A program made the position numbers and the translations under genes. From contig NC_086097.1 of NCBI RefSeq assembly GCF_963921235.1, positions 158,412,001 through 158,476,000 on the forward strand: a DNA stretch of 64,000 bases, in the 5' to 3' direction. The notes under the pieces were generated by a model. It made no database searches and was not told the DNA's origin. It saw only the letters and a program-made list of their open reading frames with translations. Source of the DNA: Mobula hypostoma (Eukaryota). Shown here one piece after another: positions 51,262 to 61,872 of this stretch. Positions within the stretch are counted from its first letter, which is position 1. Each line of letters begins with the position of its first letter.

Positions 51262-52824
51262 TGTGACGGTATTGGGTTTGCTGATCACCAAGCTCTAAAC
51301 TCAGATGAAGACTTTAAGCACTATTGGATATAAGTAGCCACAAGTACTCTTACTAAAGGGAGATTATACTGTAACTATCCAATCTTCAAAGACTAGTTTA
51401 CTTCCCTGTTTATTCTCTACTGCAAATTTAGCTGCCAATACCTGCATAAGGAGAAGATACTCTAGTTAATAAAGTAGTTTAAAACACAGTTCATTTATTT
51501 AAAGTGATACACATTTAAATCCACACATTCTTAAAACACATTTAAAATTCACAGAGGATTTCTATTTCAACATTTCCCAACTACAAACTATTTTTAAAAC
51601 ACAAACCATTTCCAAAGCAAAGCCCAAAGTACTTCTCAAACATAAAGGATTAAAGAATTCCAAAATGGTACAATTCCAACACACTAAAAAGGCCTAGCAA
51701 AGATGCAGACAAGCAAGTTGTCCATCGCCGAAACCGAAAGTAGAGGAATCGATTGTAGTTCTTCCATGTTTCTTGATGTTTCTTACCCCATTCCCAATAA
51801 GCCTGAACTGCTTTCAACATCTATACCCCTTTTCTCCCACTTGGATAACTTCACAAGCATGTTATTTCCTCAGATATCCTTTTACCACATACGGTCTGAA
51901 AGCATTTCTTGGGGACATAGATCTTAGCTAGCTACTATTAATGTTGTAAAACTAACTTCTGAGTACATAAAAACTCTTCCAACTACAATCACATCAATTA
52001 TTGATAAGCTAAATTATATTATAACAGATACTAATGTACATGATATATATATATTATCAAAGGTTTCAAAGGATTCAAAGGTACATTTAATGTCAGAGAA
52101 ATGTAGACAATATATATCCTGAAATTCTTTTTCTTCGCAATCATCCACAAAAACTGAGGAGTGCCCCAAAGAATGATTGACAGTTAAATGATAGAATCCC
52201 AAACTCCCCCACCCACGCATATTGGTGTATTGGTATATTGAATAGTGGCCAGTTGTGAGCCCTGACGGTGGGTCCCATTCCCACAAAGAACCGAAGTCAG
52301 CGTGTAACTCCAGGTCAGGATCTTCAAACGAACCCCAAAAAGGAAAAATAGAGATATTAATGATAGAAATAGAGCTGCTTCCGAAGATGCAAACAAAGGA
52401 GTCGCCATTAGGTGCCATCGTCCTCCTGAGCTATAATATAATATTATAACAGATATAACCCATCTGTTCTGCAAGCTTCCCTGAATGTCCTTGGACAGAG
52501 TCAGCTTTTCTGTTTGAAGCAGCTCAAGTTGGACAACCCATTGTCTTATACTCCACTCTTGAGCAATAATAAAACAGGTGCAGTAGCTCTTTACAGACAG
52601 AGCATCTTCAAAATACAGGGCCTCTTTGCAAAGCTGTTATATAAACAGTGCTCTTTTAACTTCAAGTTGCTTTCCATTTATGTTTTACTAACTGAGGAAT
52701 GACTTGCACTTATGACCAGTAGTTAAAGCAATATAGTTGAAAGTTTACCTACAACTGTTTTTGGACTTTCAAGTGGCAGCCGCTAAGATTAGCAAACATG
52801 AGATGGAAGTGAATATCTATCACA
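51262..52824 (-). mobile_element. Possible solo LTR
   Basis: TGTGA...TCACA termini and minus-strand AATAAA; no TSD found. Confidence 0.3.
52031..52428 (-). mobile_element. Short non-autonomous LINE derivative (5' end joined to 3' tail)
   Basis: Flanked by duplicated atattataacagata (52016-52030 and 52441-52455); tail attaaatgtacctttgaatcctttgaaacc on minus. Confidence 0.6.
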
Positions 52825-53414
52825 ATGCCATTACGTTATCTGTGCACCAGTGACCTCTGCTCACCTTGGCTAAATGTAACATTGTCGTTTTCTACCACAT
52901 CTTCGGAGGCTTACCCCAATTGCCAGCCCTTATGACCACACCTTACAGTTTTCAAACATGAGAGCTATATCACTGAAACATCTGGATGGCACATTTACAC
53001 ATCTGGCTCTCAGCAGGCATGGTGGCAGACAACAGGAGTCAGCAGAAATGGGGTTCCGCTGCAGCTGTATTGGTTTACCCCATGATCATCCTGCCCCGCA
53101 ACCCATTCCTTATCATTGGAGAGACATTACAAGCCATACCCAAAATTGTCTTTCTTACACTGCTCTTCCTGTTCTTTCATCTACTTTCATCTTTTATGCT
53201 GAAGGCATAAGTGTCTATCCTTCAAATTTATCTCTTCTCTTTATAACAACCATAAACGTGTGTCTTTTCCTTTCATTAGCAAGAATTGTAACCAGTACGC
53301 TTAATGGTAGGAGAGCGAGAACTGAGTGGTGGTGATTGTGGTCAATTTAACATCCCCAGCTACCACTGAAATATTGACAGTATATAACTACGGCAAACAT
53401 TTTTGGGACCAGGA

Positions 53415-54200
53415 CCATAAGATCTAGAAGCAGAATTAGGCAATTAACCTATTAAGTCTGCACCACCATTCAATGGTGCCTTTTTTTTTAACTCCATTCT
53501 CCCACCTTCTCCCTGTAACCCTTAACCCCGCCACTGGTCAAGAACCTATTAATTGCTGCCTTAAATACATCCAATCACTTGACTTCCACAGCCTTCTGTT
53601 GCAATGATTTTCACAGATTCATTGCACTTCACCTGAAGAAACTCTTCCTAATCTCTGTTTTAAAGATATGTCATTTATTCTGAGGTTGTTCCCTCGGATT
53701 ACAGACTCTCCCACTAATGAAAACACCTTCTGCATGTGTTGTCTAACTAGCACTAGTCAGGGGCTAGTGCGTGTGAGAGGAACGATGGGGCCTGGTTAGA
53801 AGGTGAATTGAGCCTTTATTGTCAAGATGGAGTCATAGAGTAATACAGCATGGGCTTTGATGTCCTTTTGCCCAACTGGTTCATGTTGCCCACAGCATCC
53901 TCCCTGCTTGTCCCAGTTGTCTGCATTTAGCCCATAACCTTACCCTCCAAGCATGTCCAAATACTTGTTAACTAGTGTAATTTTAACCTCCCCACCCTCT
54001 GACCACTTCTTCTTGCAACTCGTTCCAGATACTCACTACCCTCTCAATAAAGAATTGTGTCTCATGCCCCTTTTAAAACTCTCCCCTGTTATCTTGCATC
54101 TGTGCCCTCAATTCCTGGATTCCCCAACCACTGGGAAAATCTTTTGACTGTCCACCTTATCCATGCCACTTCACTATTTAATAAAGTTTGATGAGTTGCT
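53415..54200 (-). mobile_element. Two old CR1 3' fragments (53415-53735 and 53830-54200)
   Basis: Colinear with the CR1 3' ends at 25090 and 33400. Confidence 0.65.
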
Positions 54201-55379
54201 CCTCATTTTCCTTTTGGTGGGTGAGTGTACAAATAAAAATGACTTTTAATGCAGATCTCCACATGTGGGTGATTTTACTTGTCATTCAACTATATTGAGC
54301 AATGCCATTGTGATACACACAACATAAAGCGGAGGCTAGTTGAGTGGAGGCATGTGTACCCAACGAGTCACTATGTTCAATGCCCTGTGGTAAGAAGGAA
54401 GGAAATTTTTGCTGATGGCTCCATCAGTTACCCACAGTTCCACAATGTAGAGGACATTGAAAAATACTCCAGTAGGCTACCCTGTACGGAAAGACTGTAT
54501 ATGTATTTCCTGCAATATTTGATAAGTGTGCAAGGCTGCAAGGAAGCCTGCATGAAGTGGCAAAGTGTGGGCTCGGAACAGACCTTGATGCCCATTCTTT
54601 CAGTGTGGAAGTGGTGGCTAGTTCTGTTTCCACACTTACAGGCCCAAACATCATGTAGCATTTGATGATCAATGACTTAGTGCAAGCAAAAGCCATCCAT
54701 CATCTGAGTACTACAGTGGAAGCTCAGGCATCAATTATGCAGGCACATTTTGCTGCCATGTGACCTGAGACTGCTGTTAGACATTACATGCCATGAGTGA
54801 TCATTACTGTACCACTTCCCAGGGACTGGCAATGATTTGATGAGACAAGAGCCTGCTGCTTCCTCTCAGGATGATAGTAGGTGTGGTGCCATTTATGTTT
54901 CCTCTCAGCCATGCAGAAAGAGACCACTCAGCCCATCATGTCCATGCTGGTACAGAGTAAGAGACCAATCTACTGTGGCTTTATCCCACTCATTGACTCC
55001 TGAACTATAGCCTTGTGGTTTATAAGACCTAAAATTAAAGAAGGTAAAGTTAAAGAAGGGACCTAAATATTATGGCTACAGAGTTCCCCTTCACTGAAGT
55101 AATTAAAAATGGCCTTGATGATCTGAGGATTTAGTTAATGAAACCACTTTGGATGTCTCATGGTTTGGAAGCAATTTATTAATTTAAATTATTTAGCAGT
55201 TAAGTTATTTGCATGAAAATATTTTCTGAATTTGTGGGTAGAAATGTGAAGAAGAGAATGCAACATTTTTACAATTCTTAAAAAAAGTAGGAGCTACAAG
55301 CATTGAAATTGGATGTTCATCTTATTAAGCTCCACGTTTACTTGCACTGTGTACAGTCTTTCTTATAATAACCTTACAG

Positions 55380-55411
55380 TTTACCCACTATGTCCTATGG
55401 GTCAGTTCGAG
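55380..55411 (+). other. Candidate alternative mini-exon with ATG (MSYGSVR)
   Basis: ttacAG acceptor, ATG 55390, AG|GTAAAC donor in phase 1, 197 bp upstream of the phase-1 coding exon. Confidence 0.45.
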
Positions 55412-55608
55412 GTAAACACACCCTGAAGATCAATTTTAATTCAGTGAAAACAGAAATATGAAATTATTGGTTATCAAATATATTACATTAATAAATCTTT
55501 TCTCGATCATGCAAAAGCTTAAAGGCTAGTGTTATGGAAGTGCCTGACCTTTCAACAGCCTAGTGTTTCAACCTCACTTTCTCATTAATCCTCACCATTC
55601 TTTTGCAG

Positions 55609-55678
55609 TGACTTCCTTAGAGAAGAGTTTGCAAGCTCTGGGGACACCTAATGATACACAAGAGCTCAGAGATGGACT
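55609..55678 (+). CDS. TSNARE1: Next coding exon of the TSNARE1-like gene
   Basis: ttttgcAG acceptor, GTGAGT donor; in frame with the previous exon: VTSLEKSLQALGTPNDTQELRDGL (recalled human: [24 protein letters not shown]). Confidence 0.92.
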
Positions 55679-56864
55679 GTGAGTCACTTTTTGATATAGA
55701 TTTTTATGAAAAGACTAATGGCTTTGTCTGCTGTTATGCTCCAACTGCACTGTGTAATTTTATATCTGTGAGTAATGGACATGTACAAAATGGTCATCGA
55801 TTCACACTGTAAAACTGGACTGAGGAAGCTCATAATACTGCCCCAATGTGAAATTTAAACCTAATTTTGCCTTTCCGGTCATGGATTTTAACCATGTTGG
55901 TAGGGGTTGAAATAAAGGACAATCTATTCTTGAATATAGAAATGCCACTCATTTTAATCACTGTTTCAAACCTGGTTTTGCTTGGGGCAGTCTGACAAGC
56001 CGCAATTACCTTATAATAAAGATGAATGAATTGTTTTACACGTTAAGCTAAGAGAAGGAACTTTTTATTAGTATTCATTTATTTTGGTTTACTGAAACTA
56101 TATTTCTCTAAAGTGATGGGAGCAGAAATTGCATTATTTTTCCTTTGTATTTCCTGTAATTATAGACAATGAAAACTGTTTTGGGTGAATAATACTCTTT
56201 GAAAACAGAGAAAGAGGTGACTGCTTGAGCACGTACTGTATCAATTCCCCAACCTATGTGAAACCTGCTCAGGTTTAGAACTACTTTAGGCTCAGGACTT
56301 AAGTTTTAGATTTAGATTTTACCAAGCTCTTTCTAGAGCGGTTGGGGTGAGTTAGTGTGGTGTTCAACTATTGTATATGAACCAGTTTTTGTACTGACAA
56401 ATTCCTGGCCTGGGTGAATCCGTGGCACACTACTGAATAATGCAGACAAAGTGCATCTCTTTGTTTGCATAATTCAGCTGCTCTCTCTGATCTAACTTAG
56501 TTTCATTCATCACAACAAATTTGCCAATGGAGCCAACTAGAATTGATAACTAATTATTTTTATGTATGAATGCAAGGAACAAATGTAAATTTAACGGAGC
56601 TCAGAAAGCTTCTAAACTGTTTAATCTTTCAAATTGCCAGTTGCCTACTCAGGGCTATGGCACCTTTAGAAATTCGAGATTAGATCATACCATTTTGGGG
56701 AATGTCAAACGTGTAAAATTTTCTATTTGACAGGTTGTTAATTAACACATTATATTCATTGCTGTTTAGTTTATAGTTGAAATTAATTATTTAGTGGATC
56801 CTTCTCAGAAAACATTATTAAACATAGCCTCCCCTATGGTTCTGTTGTTTTTGTTTTCATTTAG

Positions 56865-57092
56865 AGTTACGGCACAGTGACAGGCTCTCCTAGCCCAATG
56901 AGCCTGCATTGCCCAATTAACCAATCAACAAATACGTCTTTGGAATGTGGGAAGGAACCAAAGATCTGGAGGAAACCCATATACTCACGGGGAGAACGGA
57001 CAAACTCCTTACAGATAGTGGCAGAATTGAACCTGGGTTGCTGGTGCTGTAATAGTGTCACACTAACCCTTGCACTCTTGTGCCATCCCATC
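56865..57092 (-). mobile_element. tRNA-derived SINE (V-SINE-like)
   Basis: tttggaatgtgggaaggaacc...aaacccat...cacggggagaac...caaactccttacaga; similar to 1960-2255. Confidence 0.72.
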
Positions 57093-57928
57093 TAATGACA
57101 ATTGGAAACTTTGGATTGGGTTTAATTTTGCCATGAACTTATTTTCTAATTTTAAATAATTCATCCAAAAATGTTATAAATTTAAAGAGCCTTTTGAACT
57201 TAATTGCACATTGTTAATAGAATTGGTTTAACATTTTTGTTTGTGGTTGCAGTTCTGATGTCAAATGTCAAATGGAACAAATATGTTTTAAACAGCCCTG
57301 AAAGTGAATTTCTACGCTAAACTTCTTGTGTTTTTTTTCAATTTTGATTAGTCCAGGAACGAACAATGCATAGTAAGCTTGTGTTGAGCATTTAGTATTT
57401 CTGAGGGACTGATACCTGAGTTGGGATGTGGCTTTAGCACTGTTTTTGGACCAATCACTAAATCTGAGAGGCTGAGTTCACTTTTGCTTATCTTGAAAGA
57501 TTCATCGTGAATGCCCTGCATTCCAGTGCATTGATTGGAGATTAGTGGCACCTATTATCGCCTACGTCGGCACTATTACTGACTTATTGCAGAGAGTGCC
57601 ATCGCAAGTCTTGCTCTGTGAATCGGCATCAGTTTTATTTTTGCTTCTGTATTTTTTGCATTTTTTCTGGCTAGAATTATGTTATCACAAACATTCTACA
57701 GCATGTGTTGAGACTGCAGAACCTACAAGCTGCTCATTATTCATCCTGTTTGTCCTGTTGCCTTGTCCTCTCCTTTCATCTGCTTTCAATACAGAATTCA
57801 AAATTAATTTGGTCACTGAGTACAAGGCTGAATTAGCAGGTGCAAACTCTTCAAATCAGCAGATGTAATAAACACAGGTAATATTAAAACAAAGGCCAGC
57901 CACTCAACTTTGTACCTCTAATCATGTA

Positions 57929-59165
57929 CAATGCCTTGTAAAAGTATTCAGCCTCCAACCCTTTGTTCACGTAACCGAGAATTACAACCAGGGATTTTGA
58001 TCAATTTAACTGAGATTTTTTATTTGTGAATCACATGCTCTTTTTCCACAATGGAGCCCAAAAAAAACAGGGAAAATTGTAAAGCATGAAAAATTTAAAG
58101 AACTGAAATGTCTACAGTTCATATGCATCCATCTGCCTTTGTTCAGTACTTAGCTGAACCACCTGTCACAGATATTACAGCCAGTTGTCTTTTTGGATAA
58201 GTCTCTATTAGCTTTGCACAATGTGATGGAGCAAGATTTGCCCATTCCCCCTTGCAAAATTGCTCATGCTGTGTCAGATTAGTTGAGGAATGGCGGTGGA
58301 CAGCAATCTTGAGGTCTTGCCAGAGGTGTTCATTTAGGTTAAGGTCAGGTCTCTGACTGGGCCACTCAAGGACATCAATTTTCATCAGTTGAAACTATTC
58401 CATGCCTGCTCTGGAAGTGGGCTTTGGGTCATCATCCCGCTGAAAGAGAACTTCCTCCTCAGTTTAAGCTTTGTGGCAGAGGCTAGCAGGTTTCTGTCCA
58501 GGATATGACTGTATTATGCATCATTTGTCTTCCCATCAATCCTGACCAGATTTCCAGTCCCTGCTGCTGAAAAATATCTCCATAGCATGAATGTGGAGTA
58601 GGGACGGTGTTACCTGGCTGATGAGCAGTCTTAGATTTATGTCACACATACTGCTTAGTGTTGAGGCCAAAATGTTGCACTTTAGTCTCATCTGACCATA
58701 AGACCTTCTTCAATCTTTACAGTATCTTCCAAGTGATGTTTTGCAAAGGCTTTATGGGCCAGGATATATATATATATATTAGCTATGGCTTCTTCCTTGC
58801 CACTCTTTCATAAGTGCCCTTTTTAAGTGAGGCTTTAGAGATTGTGGAGCTATGAATTTCATCTGCAGTTGCAGCCACTGAATTCTGCAGCCTACTCAGA
58901 GTGACTATTGGTATCACAGTAGTCTCTCGTACAAGTGTCATTCTTCTTTGGTGACTAAGTTTAGAGGGGCAGTCTGACCTAGATAATGTGGCTGTGGTTT
59001 CATATTTTTTCCACTTTTTCCCTGAGGTATGTTCAGTGCTTTTGAGATGATCTTGTACCCTTTCCCAGATTTGAGCTTCTGTATTATCATTTCTCTGACT
59101 TGCCTTGAATGCTCTTGGTCTTCATTTTGGTTTGGTCTGTTGAAAATCATCCATACTGTTGGAAT
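57929..59165 (-). mobile_element. Tc1-like transposon relic with one TIR retained
   Basis: TA-caatgccttgtaaaagtattca; transposase starts at ATG 59125 (frameshifted), SGKGYKIISKALNIP, VLEWPSQRPDLNLNEHLW. Confidence 0.88.
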
Positions 59166-59189
59166 TTTCACAAGACATCATGCCCCGTT

Positions 59190-60045
59190 AGTGTAATTGG
59201 TAAGACACTGAAAACCTGTGCTGACCAACTGCCTGGGGTGCTTAGCGATATCTTCAATCTCTCAGTTCTGCCGTCAGAGGTTCCTAAATAGGCACCATAA
59301 TCAACAAAAGCAGCGCGAGCCACCTTGTTACCTGGTAGCACTTACATCGATTGAAATGAAGTGCATTGAGAGGTTGGTCATGGCTTGAATTATCGCCTGC
59401 CTGAGCAAGGACCTACCCCTACAACTGGTCTACAGTGGAAGCAAGGAATTGAACGTAGACTTCATGACTTCATGAAGGGGAATTTGAAAAGTACGCACAA
59501 ATTCTCATTGATGAGTCAGCAGCGGAAAGTGTGAGCAGCTTAAGCTTTCTGAGCATCAACATCTCAAAGGATCTATACTGGGCACAAAATATTGGTGGAA
59601 TTACAAGTAAGGCACTCCGCTGGCTCTACTTCATTAGGAGATTGGATATGTCACCAAAGATGAGCAAATTTCTACTGATATACTGTTGAGGGCACTCTGA
59701 CTGGTTGCATCGCACCATGGTTTGGAGGCTCCAATGCTCAGGGTCAAAAGAGGCTGCAGAGGGTTGTAGACTTAGCTAGCTCCGTAGAAGTAAAACCCTC
59801 CCCACCATCAAGGACATCTGGAAAAGGGATTGACTGAAGAAGGCGGCTGCAATCATTAAGGATCCTCACCACTCAGGACATGCCCTCTTTTTATTATTAC
59901 CATCAGGAAAGAGGTACAGGTGCATGAAGTTGCACACTCAAGGTTTTAGGAATAGCTACTTATTCTCTTCCAAAAAATTTCTGAATGGTCCATGAACCCA
60001 TGAATACTATCTCATCACTCCTATTTTGTTCTATTTATTTATTTC
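59190..60045 (+). mobile_element. Degenerate Rex1/Babar-like LINE with an internal deletion
   Basis: LKTCADQLPGVLSDIFNLS; 3' region colinear with the other copies. Confidence 0.8.
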
Positions 60046-60116
60046 TCTGTCAGAGAAAGGCCGATTTTAATAGTGTAAGGGAGGACCTGATAAAAGCAGA
60101 CGCTTGTGGGTAAAAC

Positions 60117-60901
60117 CAGGGTCCCCAACCTTGTTTACACCGTGGACCGGTTTAATATGGATAATATTCTTGCGGACTGGCCGACCGGGTGGCGGGGGGC
60201 GGTGTACGAGAGGTGTTCAAGTAGGGTTAAACTCACCTCAACATGTCTTTTACAGTTAGGGTTGCCAACTTTCTCACTCCCAAATAAAGGACAAAAGCAG
60301 CAGTCAAATCCCGGGACACTTTACCCCAAGAAAGACTACCATGACCATGAAGCCTTGCGCGGGCACCTGTGTGCGCATGCGTGACGTGCGCATGCGCGTA
60401 AATGCCGATTTTTTTTTCCCCCACAAATCGGTTTTGCCTTTATCTTCCCGACTATACGGTACGTACATTATTTCTACTTTATATAGGCTGTGTATTTATC
60501 AAATCATTCCTGCTTTTACTATAGGTTAGTGTTATTTATTTTCTGTTTTATGTGTTACTTGGTATGATTTGGTAGGTTATTTTTTGGGTATGGGAACGCT
60601 CAAAAATTTTTCCCATATAAATTAATGGTAATTACTTCTTCCCTTTACGCCATTTCGGCATGAAAGGTTTCATAGGAACACTCTACCTTAGTGGGGGAAA
60701 TATGGGACAAGGGTGGTCCCCTTATGGGACAAACCAATTTAGCCCAATATATGGGATGTCCCGGCAAATATGGGACAGTTGGCAACCCTATGTTCAAGTT
60801 CAACAGTGCGTGAACGGAATGAGGAAAGGTGCAGCTGACTCAGATCGTTTCCTTGCGGCCCGGTAGCACGTGCTTTGCGGCCTGGTGGTTGGGGACCGCT
60901 G
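60117..60901. mobile_element. hAT (Charlie-like) MITE
   Basis: TIR cagggtccccaacc / ggttggggaccgctg; 8-bp TSD ggtaaaac (60109-60116 and 60902-60909). Confidence 0.92.
60222..60790. mobile_element. Nested hAT (Blackjack-like) MITE
   Basis: TIR tagggttgccaact (60257) / agttggcaacccta (60790); 8-bp TSD tgttcaag at 60214-60221 and 60791-60798. Confidence 0.85.
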
Positions 60902-61698
60902 GGTAAAACAACAGGTGACAAGTTGGAGATTTTAAAAAGAGAGTCGGTTAAAGTTTAGGGCAAACATATTCCATAAAGAGCAAAGGCAAATTTGACAAGA
61001 TTAGAGAATGTTGTTTGACAAACAATATTGAAGGACTGATCAAGACAAGAAGGCAGCTAGGATTGATGGAGCCTCCTTGAGAAGTGTAGGATATGTCAGA
61101 GAGAAGAGAAGAACGAAAGTAGGAGGGCTAAAACTGACCAAGAAATGTTCTCAGCAAGAAAGATTAAGGAGAATCCCAATCCATTCTGTGAGTATATCAG
61201 GAGTGAGAGGGTGACCAGGAAAAGAGTGGGTAGGGGTGGAAAGGTATACTGTTGGTGGGGCTGGGTAATTTGTGAGGCCCTAAATGAATATTTGTCAAGA
61301 AGGACGCAGAAGCCAGATGAGATCTGGCCCAGATTATTATGGGGAACATTCTAGATTTTTGCATTCCGTTAGCCACAGATGAACTAACAGAAAACTGGAG
61401 GGTGGCTAACTTTGTTCCTTTATTTAAGAGTAGAAAGGATAAGCCTAGTAACTACAGGTTAGCAAGCCTTACATCAGTGGTAAGGAAATTACTGGAGAAA
61501 ATCCAAATGGATAAGACTTAACATGCATTTAGAAAGGCGACTCGTGAACAGGGAGCATCTGCATGGCCTTTTGTGGAGAAATTCTGCCTTATTAATGTGA
61601 TTGAGCTTTTTGAGGAAGTAACCAAAACACTGATGAAGGCAGTGAGGCAGATATTGTCTGTTTCAGCTTTACTAATACACTTGACAAGGTCTTACATG

Positions 61699-61872
61699 AG
61701 CCTCAGCTGTGACAGCGTGTTTGTGCCCTTGAGCAAGGCATTTAATCACACATTGCTCTAGTCTGTGCGAGGAGTGGTGCCTCACACAGACTTCCAATCT
61801 GCGCCTTGTAAGGCATGAAAATACCTGACGCAGGCCTCTCATGGTCTGAGTCGACGTCCCCTCCCTCCCCTC
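61699..61872 (+). mobile_element. 5'-truncated SINE sharing the CORE-like block with 11139-11443
   Basis: ccttgagcaaggcatttaatcacacattgctct; TSD-like cttacatg/cctacatg. Confidence 0.75.

Noticed and set aside
54279..54900. 128-aa ORF or possible ancient GIY-YIG remnant
   Set aside because: Only a faint YIxQ-like motif; too degraded to support.
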